Positions 25,825 through 38,423 of a DNA stretch of 64,000 nucleotides are shown here, in pieces. A program made the translations under genes and the position numbers. This stretch comes from Felis catus. Its lineage: Eukaryota. Position 1 is the stretch's first letter, and every line of letters starts with the position of its first letter. The stretch covers positions 131,194,001 to 131,258,000 of the forward strand of contig NC_058368.1 in NCBI RefSeq assembly GCF_018350175.1. Reading direction: 5' to 3'. The notes under the pieces were generated by a model. It did not search any database. It saw nothing but the letters and a program-made list of their open reading frames with translations, and was not told where the DNA came from.

Positions 25825-26461
25825 AAAGTACTGTCTTATGGTTTCTACTCAATGGCTTTTAATTGGGCACTCTACCATTTGCCAAGCCTGTGCTTGATGG
25901 AGATGCATTCCCACATATACACACATGCGCACACACACACTTTTTTTTTAACCAAAGGAGCTCTTTTTTTTTTCAAATAAAATATATGTATAACCCAGAA
26001 GCAAGCTCTTCCAATCTCTTTTCAAGAGATGTAAACTTGTTTTGAACTTTAAAAATTCCCTACCCTGTGGCAATGCAAAGCCCCAGTGCAGACATCCATG
26101 ATTTCCTGGGGATAGGTCAAACACGGTCTGCTTTGCTTGGATCTTCCTGTGCTATAACCACTGCTCCAGTTCTGGGCTATGTTGATGTGAAAACATCTTC
26201 GTCAAAATTTTCAACACTCATCACATTCACACAAATAATTTGGCGATAAATTATTTTCTAACAAAAACAAACTTTCATATTTTAAATTCTTTCTTCTAGA
26301 AAGTTCTTTTTGCTGCTCCTCCACAAGGGAATGTCCTACTGACTCTTTACCCCAACAGAGTTTCCAATCTCATACATCTTTCTGACATTTTTTTGCCCCC
26401 TCTCTGTATTCTCCCCCTTACCTCCCTAACCACATATCTCCACACTTCATTCATATATTTT

Positions 26462-26528
26462 TGAATATCATGCCCTGAGCCAAACTCAAGAATCAGTCTC
26501 TTACGGGACTGAGCCACCAAAGTGCCCC
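26462..26528 (-). mobile_element. Can-SINE head-only fragment
   Basis: ATCATGCCCTGAGCCAAACTCAAGA...ACTGAGCCACCAAAGTGCCCC without body or tail. Confidence 0.8.
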
Positions 26529-27162
26529 TCCCCTACATGCCTCTTAAAAGAATAAAAATAAATAACGAATGATTACACTTTCTCATGCAAAGCAGTTTAG
26601 CTATCTGTTTTTGTTATCTGGGCTCCTGCTATCCCTAACCGTCTGTCTCCGTGGAGTCTCTTAAAGTGTCTTCCCAACATAGGCAGCTCCTTTACTTTGA
26701 TTTCCCTTACCTAAGAAGAATTCTACGGTCAGCTGTGGAGAATGTAGTTTTCACTGCAGTACATATAGAAAGATGAACAGTGGAGTCTTCTCCTTGAGGG
26801 AGATACGGAGGGCCCAGAACATGCCTGCTACCTCTAGCACCAGTCCTAACCCAAACCCCCTCATTTCTAGCTGCTGAAACAACTCAGCAAGGCCAGAAGT
26901 TCTGGGAAGGCCATCAAATTAGACCTCTCTCACTCAGCAGGGAGCAGTCCCTAAGGGATGGAGACACAGAAGTAAAGACTAGACACACATCAAAAGGAAA
27001 ACCTGTTGTTCTAAAGAAAGACAACGGTGAGCTGCTGGGGGAAACTGGGGAAGGAGAAAACTTCAGGACCCTAGGTGGGGAGTAAGACTGGAAAAGAGAC
27101 TGCAGTATTTTCCTGGTACTGGTTCCATGCCATGTAGTCTACAGCAAAAGGTAACTAGTCTT

Positions 27163-27359
27163 GGGATTCCTGGGTCGGTCGGTTAAGCATCTGACTCTTG
27201 ATTTTGACTCAGGTCATGATCTTGTGGTGTGTGAGTTCAAGCTTTGTATGGGGCTCTGTGCTGACGGTGTAGAGCCTGCTTGGGATTTTCTTTGTCTCTC
27301 CCTCTCTCTCTACCCTTCCCCTGCTCATGTGTTCTCTCTCTCTCAAAAAAAAAATTAAA
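27163..27359 (+). mobile_element. Older Can-SINE
   Basis: Degenerate head, CT tract; its tail hosts the next SINE. Confidence 0.9.
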
Positions 27360-27570
27360 GGGGCGCCTGGGTGGCGCAGTCGGTTAAGCGTCCGACTTCA
27401 GCCAGGTCACAATCTCGCGGTCCGTGAGTTCGAGCCCCGCGTCGGGCTCTGGGCTGATGGCTCAGAGCCTGGAGCCTGTTTCTGATTCTGTGTCTGCCTC
27501 TCTCTCTGCCCCTCCCCCGTTCATGCTCTGTCTCTCTCTGTCCCAAAAATAAATAAACGAAAAAAAAATT
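27360..27570 (+). mobile_element. Young felid SINE inserted in the A-tail of the previous SINE
   Basis: GGGGCGCCTGGGTGGCGCAGTCGG head; flanking A-rich repeat AAAAAAAAAATTAAA. Confidence 0.96.
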
Positions 27571-28094
27571 AAAAAAAAAATTAAAAACTTTTTAAAAAGT
27601 TAAATAAAGTCTTGATCCTTAGCTTAAAGCCATTCCTATTTTATAACCAAGCAGAGATGTCAGTAGTGGACACATACAGCAAAGCAATTCAGACTATAGT
27701 GTGAGACGTATCTGTACGTGGTAGAAAAAAACAGTTGGTGAAATATATACAGATATTTCTGTAATATTTACATTTTGTGTATTCTGTTTTATGATTAAAA
27801 AAATAATGATGATATATGTGCAAGAAAAGAATATATTGAAAGAAGCCAGATGGTCTTAATGTTACTGGGAGAATTTTGGGAGTTTTGTTTATTTCTGTCT
27901 TTGTGTTACCATTTTTCATCTAGCATGTATCGTAATCTAAGATACCATAAACCTCTTTAGTGGTCTACTCTTTCTGAGAGTCTCATTTGTATCTGATCTG
28001 CAGACTACATTATCATACTCACATAGACTATTAAAATCTTAGTTTATTCCACAAACATCTAGAGACAGCCTAAAATGGCGGAGACAACATCGCG

Positions 28095-28325
28095 TCTTGG
28101 CTAGGAGCATGAACTCTGGAACCAGACAGCCTGGGTGTTGTCCCCAGCTCTACCACTTACAAAATGTGTGACCTGTGACAATTTACTTAACGCATCTGTG
28201 CCTTAATTCTCTCATCTGTACAATGAGGAAATTCCTACCTTAAAAGATTATGTTGATAATTAAATAGGCTCATGTCTATAAAGCGCTGAAATCAGTGTTT
28301 GGCTCACAGTAAATGCTATATTAGT
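28095..28325 (+). mobile_element. MIR
   Basis: GAGCATGAACTCTGGAACCAGACAGCCTGGG...TGTGTGACCT...CTCATCTGTACAATG. Confidence 0.85.
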
Positions 28326-28385
28326 GTTTCTGTGCAGGGCATTATGTCAGCTGGTGAAAACATGACTTGTTTTCAGGGAGCTGAC

Positions 28386-28607
28386 TTTTTTTTTTAATTT
28401 TTTTTTAACGTTTATTTATTTTTGAGACAGAGAGAGACAGAGCATGAATGGGGGAGGGTCAGAGAGAGGGAGACACAGAATCCGAAACAGGCTCCAGGCT
28501 CTGAGCTGTCAGCACAGAGCCCGATGTGGGGCTCGAACCCATGGACTGCGAGGTCATGACCTGAGCCAAAGTCGGCCACTTAACCGACTGAGCTACCCAG
28601 GTACCCC
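28386..28607 (-). mobile_element. Can-SINE
   Basis: TSD AGGGAGCTGAC at 28375-28385 and 28608-28618. Confidence 0.95.
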
Positions 28608-29510
28608 AGGGAGCTGACATTTTAATACTTCCCAAGATCCGCAAAAAACTAACTACATAGGAGTCCCTTTTCCTAGAATAATTGGTACCAGGAAAATCTT
28701 CTTAATGTGGGGAAAAAAAGTTCAGAGTAAGTAAATTGGCCTGGAGTTAATCTTAAAAAAAAAAATGAAACTCAAAACATGAAAGAAATGTTTATTTTAT
28801 CTTATGTTTAACAAAATAAATTATAATTGCGACAAGGAGTAAATCATGTGTTGAGTTTTGTATGGAATTTTTTCTATCAAAGGCACAGGATGATAACTTC
28901 ATTTCCTATTTAAATTTTTATAACACTATGATAAAGGGGACCTCCTTTGTAAAAATGTGAGCCAGCTTCATATATTTTCCTAATGCCTGGCTACGCACAC
29001 TATTCCCCTTTAATGCTCTTGCCATCATCCTTGTCAGTTTTCTCTCAGTTTTTTATCTTGTTAATCTTTTTTGAGTGATTTTAGCGTTTGTCTGGACTTG
29101 GTAATTTCCCATATTTTTGTAGTTCTTGAAAACTCACAACCTTCCATTCACTTTGTATCTGAATTGTATTAGATGTTTAAGCATCCCCCAACCAGAAGGA
29201 AAATATAAAGATATTGTAGTGAGAGGTAGATATCATTCATGATAAATGGGGACAAGCATTAGAATTAATATTGTAAGTTTTCAGCTAATTAGTGACTATT
29301 CCCATTGTTTACTATTTCTGTTTTCTCATACAGACTCATAACATCAGAGATTAAAATGGTCAATCCTGCTTTCTATAATGATATAAGTCAGAAAAAAAAA
29401 TATATAACAGCCACACCATACACCACGTTCTATAGGAGAAAGCCTAGAGGAAGTGAGTCTGCACCCTAAGGAAGCTTATATCTTGAGCTAAGACTAAAAG
29501 ATTGAGTCGG

Positions 29511-29736
29511 GGGGCGCCTGGGTGGCTCAGTCGGTTGAGCGGCCGACTTCGGCTCAGGTCATGATCTCACTGTCTGTGAGTTCGAGCCCCGCGTCTGGCT
29601 CTGTGCTGACAGCTCAGAGCCTGGAGCCTGCTTCGGATTCTGTGTTTCCCTCTCTCTCTGTCCCTCCTCTGCTCATGCTCTGTCTCTCATTCTCTGTCAA
29701 AAATAAATAAACATTAAGAAAAATTAAAAAAAAAAC
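29511..29736 (+). mobile_element. Can-SINE
   Basis: TSD AAGATTGAGT(C/A)GG at 29498-29510 and 29737-29749. Confidence 0.95.
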
Positions 29737-31719
29737 AAGATTGAGTAGGATTTAGACAAGGCAAGGACATGCTCAGCTAAATATAGGCAGAAAAATTCAT
29801 GGTAATTTTAGGGAATAGTGGGCAAATCCGGTAAAGTTAGAGAGCATATGGAATGTGACCGGGATTTAAGTGTGGATTTGTAATGGGGTAAGTGGTTAGG
29901 AAGTGGCATGAACCAATGGAGAAAATAACTGTAATTGAAGTGTAGAGACTGAACTATAAAGGTAAAACATTGGAGGCAAGAAGTCATATTAGGAAGTTAT
30001 TTAAATCATTCTATCATATCTGAACCATAATTTACCGAATATTCTGACCTTTCTTTGTTCTTGACTCTTTGCTCTCCCTCCATTTCTGTTCCTTTATTTC
30101 TTCCCCATCCTCATATCCCACCTATTTCTATGTATAAACTCTAAGCCTTTCCACCCTAAAACTCCAATAGGCACACAAGGCCACAAGGGAATGGAGGAAA
30201 GAAGGAGCAAAGGCAGATAACGACCTCTCAGCCATAATTTGAAGGGAGAGGGAAGCAAAGTTTCAAAGGGCATCTATATACCAAAATCTTACTTTACTTA
30301 ATCTTAACAAGCCTATGAGTTAGGGAGTCTTGATTTAAATTTTTATAGGTATAAACTGTGGTTTAGTTTGGGAATCAGGAATTCATATCCTGTTCCACTC
30401 ATCGCCAATCCATGCTATTTCAGCCATATCTGTACTAAGAGGTGAAGAAAGGATGAGAAAATGGGATATCTGGTATTAGAATGATGGTTGGAAAGACATT
30501 TAGGCTAAAAATTATATGAATAGTGTAAGTCACAAGGTCCTTACTTGTTTTATTGTTCCTGTTGATTTCTGTGTTTTTTTTTTCACAAGCTACATGGTAG
30601 GAGATTAGTCTGGGTCAGGTGTCTGAACCAATCCCCCTCCATGAGATTTCTCAAGAAACCTTACCCAAAGTCCACATGTTGAAGGCATAACCACTTGTTA
30701 ATTCCTTACCTATCCCAGGCTTACACTCCTGTAAGAAGTGTAATTTCTCAAGAAGCAAAACATCCTAAATTGGGTTCCCAGTGTGAACATTTTGGAGGCA
30801 AGTCAGAAGAATACATTATATTTAAATTCATGAATTTATTTATTCAGTAAATCGTCTGAGTGCCTAAAACGGACATGGCATGACATTAAACAATAGGGAT
30901 AGAATGATTATAAAACATTCATGATTTCTTTATTTGTGGTGCTTAAGTTTTAGTAGAAAAACCACATCCCTCAGAAATATAGTAATTAAATGACAGTGGA
31001 AAGAAGTCAGGAAGAGCAGTTGACCATCCTGACAAGACACAACTTGAGTGGGTAGAATACATTTTCCCTGCCTTCAGGATATTTCAGAAATATCCTCCCT
31101 AAACATTCATACATTATAGGAACTGCTTGAGAAGTCCCCATTTATTTGGTCTTCAAGTTAAATGAAGATTAGGTCAAGGAGAATAGAGTCATCTACACTC
31201 AGGAATGAGTTAATTCCATTTAATGTCATGTAATTTTCTGAATGCATACTGTGTGAAGGATCTCAAATACTTCTCAAATACTGAGGTTAATTACTTAAAG
31301 CCATAAACCTTGCATCTCAAGTAGGTATTTGATGTTTAAATAGTATGTCAAAATAGATAACATGAATATGGGAAAAGTAATAATAACTTCTTGTGTATTA
31401 TTTCCAAGAACACAGAGGGAGAGACTTTCTGCTTGTGGCCATAAAGAAGTAGCAGAGAAGCAAGTAAATGATAACTCCTCAAGAATTTATCTCTATTAAG
31501 AAGGGTAGACATAACACCACGCAAACATTAGTCTTTGTTTTCATTAAGAAAAGCAGAGCAATGTGTCCTATGGTGCTAATGCGAAGATATTCGTCTTAGC
31601 TCCTGACACCAAGGAAACGTTCCCAGCATCAGTAATATCTTTTGAAAGTAGAAATTGAATTCCTTATTTGTCCTAGATAGTGGTTTTTTTTTTTTTTGGC
31701 ACTGAAAAAAAGAAGCTGA

Positions 31720-32222
31720 AGTATTGTCTACAAAGCCCTACTTAATCTGTACCCCCGCACTCATTACCTCACCCTCTACTCTTGTTCTCTTCTTTACTTA
31801 GTATCAGCACCCCGATCTCATTTTCACTATTCCTCAAATATACCAACTTATGTTCCTGCCTCTGGTCTTTTTTACTTGCTATTCCTCCTGCCAGGAGTTA
31901 TCCTCTCCTAACTATGCCCCTGGCTGATATTTCAATTTGTCAAATCTTTGTGCAAAAGTCACCTTCTCGGGGAGGGCTTCCTGGTCCCATTATATAAGTT
32001 GCAATCCCTTTCCCAAGCCTCCCCAGCTTGATTTTTCTCCTTAGTACTTGATCAGTATCTAACATGCTATTTACCTTGTTTATAACCAATCTCCTTGCTA
32101 AAAACAGGCTCAAAAAAAGCAGAGATTTTGTCTGTTTTGCTTACTGCTGTATCCTCAGGAGCCAGAACAGAGTTTGGCACATAGAGTATACTCATTAAGT
32201 ATTTGTTGAGCAAATGAATAAA
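31720..32222 (+). mobile_element. L2a-like 3' end
   Basis: TTGTCTGTTTTGCTTACTGCTGTATCC...TGGCACATAG...TATTTGTTGAGCAAATGAATAAA. Confidence 0.8.
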
Positions 32223-33336
32223 TACCAGAGTCAGCTACAGCTGGGGAAAGGCCACAGTGAAAACACTTCCAGCATAGAGTGAAACCATCTGAAAATAATG
32301 GTTTCAATAACTCTGAACACTGCTTGATAAAGAACCGGTGGCCTCCTCACCATTCTTCCAATATACCAGCAGATAAAACTTTCTTGAAATCAGACTGGGG
32401 CATTAATATGGTTATGTCCAATTTATACCAATAAGAAAAGCCATTCTTAGAAAGAATATTTGTGTGACAACCTGAATATTTGTCCAACAAGTCCAAAATA
32501 AAACTGCACTATACAGCCCTTGAATTATGACTGGCATAAAATACAAACCACCCACTGGAACAACTCTTAAAAGATCCCAGTGAGCTCCAGACACCAGGGT
32601 TGGTATTCTTGATTAGCAATGCCAGGAAGAAAAAGCATGTTTACAGCAAAGCATTACCTTGGCCATAAAGCACAACCACAAGTAAAGGTAGTTATGGCAG
32701 CCAGCTCCCAGTGAAATAAGACAATGCAATCATTGTGAGCACAGCCTTTCATCAAGAATGGCAGCCGTTCTTACAAACATTTGATTTACACTGTTAAGAA
32801 CAAACACATAAATGGAAAACATAAATATACATGACTTTAGAATTGGCTCATATATCTAATAAAAAGGTGATAGCATTCAATATTCAATGTCCCTTCAGGG
32901 CTTGGCTTCCCTCATAGCTAGTTTAAGAATCATTGTATGAGTTTACAAGGACCGTACCCTTGAAAAGTACAAATGCAATGATATTTCTAGCCATCAACTA
33001 CCTTCCCTTTGGGTTGGTGTAAGTAGGGCAGAATATAATCAATCCACAGACATTTCCAAAAATAACTACTCCACTTATTGGCTTCTAAAGCCACTTATTG
33101 GGTATAAATGCCATTATTAGAGACAAAATCTTTCTTGCAGAATTAAGCATAAAGTTTCTGAGCAAATGTCCTGAAAAGGATAGCATGTTAAATTCACAAA
33201 AGTTATGTCTGGTATCAAATCTCTTCCCCAGAAAATACTCTGGTAGCACAGAGTCTAAAGGGTTCTTCATTCTCTTTTCCTACTCTTACTCTGTTTTAAT
33301 GCCTTGTTGGTGGTGGTGTTAGAAAAATAAAAATAG

Positions 33337-33480
33337 AGAGGGTTGATGGGGGGTGGCAGGGAGGGGAGGGTGGGTGATGGCTGTTGAGGAGGGCACCTTT
33401 TGGGATGAGCACTGGGTGTTGTATGGAAACCGATTTGACAATAAATTTCATATATTGAAAAAAAAAGAAAAAGAAAAAGA
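33337..33480 (+). mobile_element. Extremely 5'-truncated felid L1 (3'UTR end plus tail)
   Basis: Closely matches the reverse complement of the L1 3'UTR at about 8605-8717; (GAAAAA)n tail. Confidence 0.92.
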
Positions 33481-33696
33481 AAAATACAGGTTGTTCTGTT
33501 GCCAAAAGAAGTTGAAGAATAAAATCAACCGCTGTGAACCTTCCAGATATGTGATCCTAGCTATTGATGGAAGTGAATGGATAAAAGAGAAGAGACAGGG
33601 GGAAAATAAAACAAGATAATAAATGTAAGAATACCTTATAAAGTATAAATACAAATTTAAAAGAACGTTATTTTAAATGTTAAAGAGGAGGCTTCA

Positions 33697-33890
33697 GGGG
33701 CGCTTAGGTGGCTCAGCCGATTAAGCGTCTGGCTCTTGACTTTGGCTCAGGTCATGATCTCACGGTCATGAGATTGAGCCCCGCATCAGGCTCTGCACAG
33801 GGCTTGGACCCTGCTTAGGATTCTCTCTCTCCCTCTCCTTCTGCTCCTGCCCTGCTTTCTCGCTAAAAAAAAAAAATAAATAAATTACAA
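33697..33890 (+). mobile_element. Older Can-SINE
   Basis: Head/CT/tail; TSD AAAGA(G/A)GAG(G/A)CTT. Confidence 0.92.
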
Positions 33891-34112
33891 AAAGAAGAGA
33901 CTTGGCAAACTAAAGGTAAACTTTATTAATTTTACTTCTTCTTAATGTATAAGATTGTTCCTTTCCCTAACTGTCTTAAAACTCTTTAGTTCTCGTATCG
34001 CTAGTAGATTGTATCTGAAGTGAGAAATTGGCCTTTCCGGACATAATTTCGGCTACGCTAGCTCTTAAGATTCCGTTTCCTGAAAAGATGTCCAGACAAG
34101 ATGGTCACATGT

Positions 34113-34201
34113 GGCAGACATGCTCTTCTTGCTGTCCTGCTGCCACTCCCTTGTTGTGTGTTCAATAAACTACCTCTGGAAAAAAAAAAAAAAAAAAAAA
34201 A
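34113..34201 (+). other. Unassigned poly(A)-tailed retroposed fragment
   Basis: AATAAA at 34164-34169, A22 at 34180-34201, candidate TSD AAGATGG(T/C)CACAT(G/A)T at 34098-34112 and 34200-34214. Confidence 0.65.
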
Positions 34202-35487
34202 GATGGCCACATATAAGAAGCACCATATTCTTTGAAACCCCCATCACCAGCATCAAAGACTGAATTGGCTAAGCTGCTGACTAACATGAGAAGTACCTCA
34301 CATTTTCTCTTACCTGTCTTTCTGTCCCTTCCTCTGGTTATCTGAGACCATCAACTCTGTCTGTCTGTAAGTCATTGCATTGCTCTAGTGTGGCTGTGTG
34401 GAAAGAACACCATGAAAGTCTGGGTCCCAGCCCCAGCTGTGTGTAATGAAACAACCAAACAAGTTATTTGTCCTGCCCTCAGCTCAGTATCTCATCCATA
34501 AAGTAAAAATCTTGCTTCCACAGCCTAACAGAGAGAAAAAAAATCACCCGGTATTCTAAAGGCACTGCTTGTGTGGAACAGGAAACTTGTCAGATTTACA
34601 GGAATGGGTCTGGGATCTTAGAAAATCATTTTCTTAAACTTGTCTCATTTTAAATTTTGAGGCACTCTATGAAGTATGTGAAAGAAATATGTGAAACAAT
34701 GCAAGAAATATGTGAAAATAAATATGAGCACATCCCTATTTGTATGCTTTACATGATGTAGTCAGAGAATTGGAGAGTAAACTTCCAAGGGCTGATACCC
34801 TATTTCTTAATAGGACACTATGACAGAATCAAGAAAGTCCCCGAGATGAGATCATTTTTGGCAAATGAAACAAACCAAAGTTGTTAACTTTAAATCAGTG
34901 CCAACCAAGTTGACAAACCATTTAGTGGTTTTCAACTGGGCGGTGAAGAATGAGAATGTAAGTATGGGGCCTTTGGGAACAGAGAGACTTCAATACACTC
35001 CCGTGAGTTTCTTCGTCCCAACCTTCTCTGTGGTATAACACAAAAACCAGAATAGTAAAGCTGGTGGGGGTCGGCAGAGGTCACTGGGTGCCCAGGGTAG
35101 TTGCCCATAACCTCTAGGGAGAGCAGGCATCAGAATTGGTGAGATAGAGCCAGAGGAGCCGAAGAGGAACATGGTTCCTTGGGGCCTTTCTCGAAGCGGG
35201 AGTCCGTGAGGCTCAACAGATAGAAGCTGCACTTCTGCCTGCAGCTGGTGGTGGATTGTGAGGAGAAGCTAAGCCCAGGGGACCTGAGCAACACCTGCAT
35301 TGATTAGTGGAACTGCCCTCAGGTTCAGGTTTGTGGAAGAGGCTGACGCTTGCCTTCCCTCTACATAGACTCCCCACGTGGATGTCATTTTCCTGGCTCT
35401 ACCAGCCTAAGCTACTTTCAGAAAACCTTGGACAGGTAAGTAAAAATTAAAACTCACTGAAAAGAACAAAATTTGATGGAGGAAGCC

Positions 35488-35826
35488 TGCTATTGTTTGA
35501 ATGTTTGTGTCCCCCCCCACCCCCCACCATTCGTATGTTGAATACTAACCCCCCGCAGGTAATTGGGAGCTGGGCCCTTTGGAAAGTGCTTAGGTCATGA
35601 ATGGGATTAGGTGTCTCATAAAAGAGACACCCCAGAGATCCCTTGTGAGGACACAGAAGGCTCGGGCTAAGAACCCAGAAGAGGATCTTCAACAGAATGT
35701 GACCACACTGGCACCTTGATCACAAACTTCCAGCCTCCAGAACTGTGAGAAATAAGTTTCTGTTGCTTACATCTGTTTATACCCAGTCTGTGATATTTTG
35801 TATAGCAGCCTGAACAGGCTAAGACA
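35488..35826 (+). mobile_element. MLT1A-like MaLR solo LTR
   Basis: TGCTATTGTTTGAATGTTTGTGTCCCC...CTTCCAGCCTCCAGAACTGTGAGAAATAA...CTAAGACA; TSD AAGCC/AAGAC. Confidence 0.9.
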
Positions 35827-36008
35827 AAGACCAAGCTAAACATCTAGAAGAGGTGAATCATACTGAAGAATTGATGGAAAAGACATATGAGCGCTTTCAT
35901 TAAAAAACAAACAAAAAAACATTCAAAAGGATTGTTTACAACACACACACACAAAACTATTTTCTAAAAAATAAAATTACAACTTTTTAACTTTAAATGT
36001 AAATAGAT

Positions 36009-36216
36009 GGGGCACGTAGGTGGCTCAGTCATTTAAGCATCAGCTCAGGTCATGATCCCGTGGTTCGTGGGTTCAAGCCCCGCGTGAGGCTCTGTGCTGA
36101 CAGCTCAGAGCCTGGAGCCTGCTTCGGATTCTGTGTGTGTCTCTCTCTCTCCGTCCATCCTCTGCTCACTCTCTCTGTTTCTCAAAACTGAATAAACATT
36201 AAAATTTTTTTTAAAT
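36009..36216 (+). mobile_element. Can-SINE
   Basis: TSD AAA(T/A)GTAAA(T/C)AGAT at 35995-36008 and 36217-36230. Confidence 0.93.
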
Positions 36217-36479
36217 AAAAGTAAACAGATAAATTAAACAAGAGGACATTTGTGATGGGAACCAAATTTGCATGCTAGAAAACAAAGTAGAAAAAAAAAT
36301 CTCCAGTAGATAATAAATACAAATGTATGAAAATTATGAAAGAAAATACAAGACATGGGAATGGCAGATAAAATACTAGTGAAATATCCAGAAGGAGAAA
36401 AGAGAATAGATGGGAATTAATAATTAAATTTAAAAAATAAACATTCTGTAGCCTGAGGGGGACTCAGTGAATGAGGCTG

Positions 36480-36776
36480 TGCTGTCCCCTCTCCATTATG
36501 AGGAGACATTTCACATCCCAGGCTCCTAGCTAAGATAAAGTAAGCAATCTCCACCCTTTTCCTTCCACTGATTACAATGAAAAATCTTGAACAGGATGCA
36601 TAGGACAACTATCTGAGAAGTCTGAAAACTAAATAAGAAACAAACTGATTAGGGAGAAAAATCAAAATACCAAGAAAACCAATATGGCGGATATTTTTCT
36701 GGACTTTTTCCCCCCTCCTATGCCTCTAGTCATAGACTCTTGAGCAGCCAGAATTCTGGAATAGAAGGTGGGATTT

Positions 36777-36826
<50 letters not shown>

Positions 36827-37330
36827 ACTAGGAAAGAAATTATTTTTCTGGCCTGAGGACTATGAAGTAGGTCGAGAGGGGTCCTGCAGGACAGAGGCTC
36901 TGGGAGAAATCCCTGGGTTGCCCCTAGATTTTTATTTTCCAATCTCTGCCTCAGGCAAGTCTCAGTCATGAAGCTACGTGCAGCGACTGCTGCCACACAA
37001 ACACCTAAATACCTGAGAGAACAATCTGAGACCTGAGATAAGGAGTCCCTGTTGTTCACAGAGTGTACAGGAGGAAATCATTACTGTTCTTAACCCTCTT
37101 CTCTCAGTTTGACCTCAAGGTAGAGCCAGTCACAGGAAGTGCATGACAGCTGCTGCAAAGCTAAAACCCTAGCTTTTTGTCCAGAGGACCAGGAAAGGGG
37201 GCTATGGAGAGTGAAGGTGTCAGGAGTAACCATGATGAGAAGAGATTCCAAGAAGGAAAACCCCCAAATATGTTTTGAAGCCCTGGGCACATCCCAGAGC
37301 TAACATTTGTGGAACTGACCCATTTCACCA
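36480..37330 (+). mobile_element. Probable old L1M 5'UTR-region relic
   Basis: Resembles recalled L1M4-type 5' ends; weak assignment. Confidence 0.4.
36779..36821. repeat. (CA)n microsatellite, about 21 units
   Basis: Uninterrupted AC run. Confidence 0.98.
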
Positions 37331-37548
37331 CTAACAATGATAACGACCAGACAGTGTTACAGTTGAATTCTAATTTTAAAGGAAGTTGGTAAGTAAAAGA
37401 AAAGGGAAATAAATGAATCACAATTGAAAAGAAAAAAAGATATGAGTATCTTAATAGAGAATCAAGACATTTGACAAATTATTGGAATTAATAAGAGAGG
37501 TCTTCAAAGATTCTGGGTATAAAATCAATTTTAAAATACCAATTAAAA

Positions 37549-37668
37549 GGGGCACGTGGGTGGCTCATTCGGTTAAACGTCCAACTCTGGATCTCAGCTC
37601 AGGTCTTGATCTCAGGGTCCTAAGTTCAAGCCCTGCATTGGGCTTCACACGGAGTGTGGAGCCTACTT
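37549..37668 (+). mobile_element. Short Can-SINE
   Basis: TSD TTAAAATACCAA at 37531-37542 and 37667-37678. Confidence 0.88.
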
Positions 37669-38020
37669 AAAATACCAACTGCAGTCCTATACACTAACAA
37701 AGGCTTAGAAAATGTAATTTCTAAAAAAGGTAGCATTTGTAACAAATAGCAAAATGAGTTATTTACTTATTGACGCACCATTCAAAAAACGGAATTAACA
37801 AAAGATCTGTAAGACATTTACAAACAATTTTTTTTAACTTTATTGGAAGATAAAAGACCTTTTTAAGTTGAAGGGCATACAATGTTCCTGTACAGGAAAA
37901 TTCATTATCATCACTTCCTCCCCAATTCATCTATACATTCAATTCAGATGAATTCTAATCAAACTCCTGCTGGGTTTTTTCATGGAACTCAGCAAGCTGA
38001 CTCTAAAATATTCATGACAC

Positions 38021-38126
38021 GGGGACACCTGGGTGGCTCTTGGTTTCAGCTCAGGTCATAATCTCACTGTTTTTGAGATAGAGACCCACATTGGCCTCTA
38101 TACTGACAATGTGGAGCCTGCTTGGG

Positions 38127-38164
<38 letters not shown>

Positions 38165-38226
38165 CCTCCCTCATTTGTGCTGTCTCTCTCTCAAATTAAA
38201 TAAATAAACATTAAAAAGTAAAAATA
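38021..38226 (+). mobile_element. Can-SINE
   Basis: Head with deletion, long (CT)n, tail. Confidence 0.9.
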
Positions 38227-38242
38227 AAAATATTCACAGGCC

Positions 38243-38423
38243 GGGGAACCTGGGTGGCTCAGTCTATTAAGCTTTTACTTCAGCTTAGGTCATGATCTCA
38301 TGGTTTGTGAGTTCAAGCTTCACTTCAGATACTCTCTCTCTCTCTCTCTCTCCCTGTACCTCTACTGTACTCTCGATCTCTCTCTCAAAAATAAATAAAC
38401 ATTTAAAAAATATTTTAAAAATA
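38243..38423 (+). mobile_element. Can-SINE (internally deleted)
   Basis: Head, CT tract, tail; shares target repeat with previous copy. Confidence 0.88.

Larger units (their letters stand above)
35400..36430 (+). mobile_element. HAL1/L1 ORF1-like relic (interrupted)
   Basis: A-rich; AAAATACAAGACATGG...TCCAGAAGGAGAAAAGAGAATAGATGG resembles the ORF1 'IGVPEGE' region. Confidence 0.45.

Noticed and set aside
34671..34727. Three loose copies of GAAATATGTGAAA
   Set aside because: Short AT-rich slippage repeat with no further structure.
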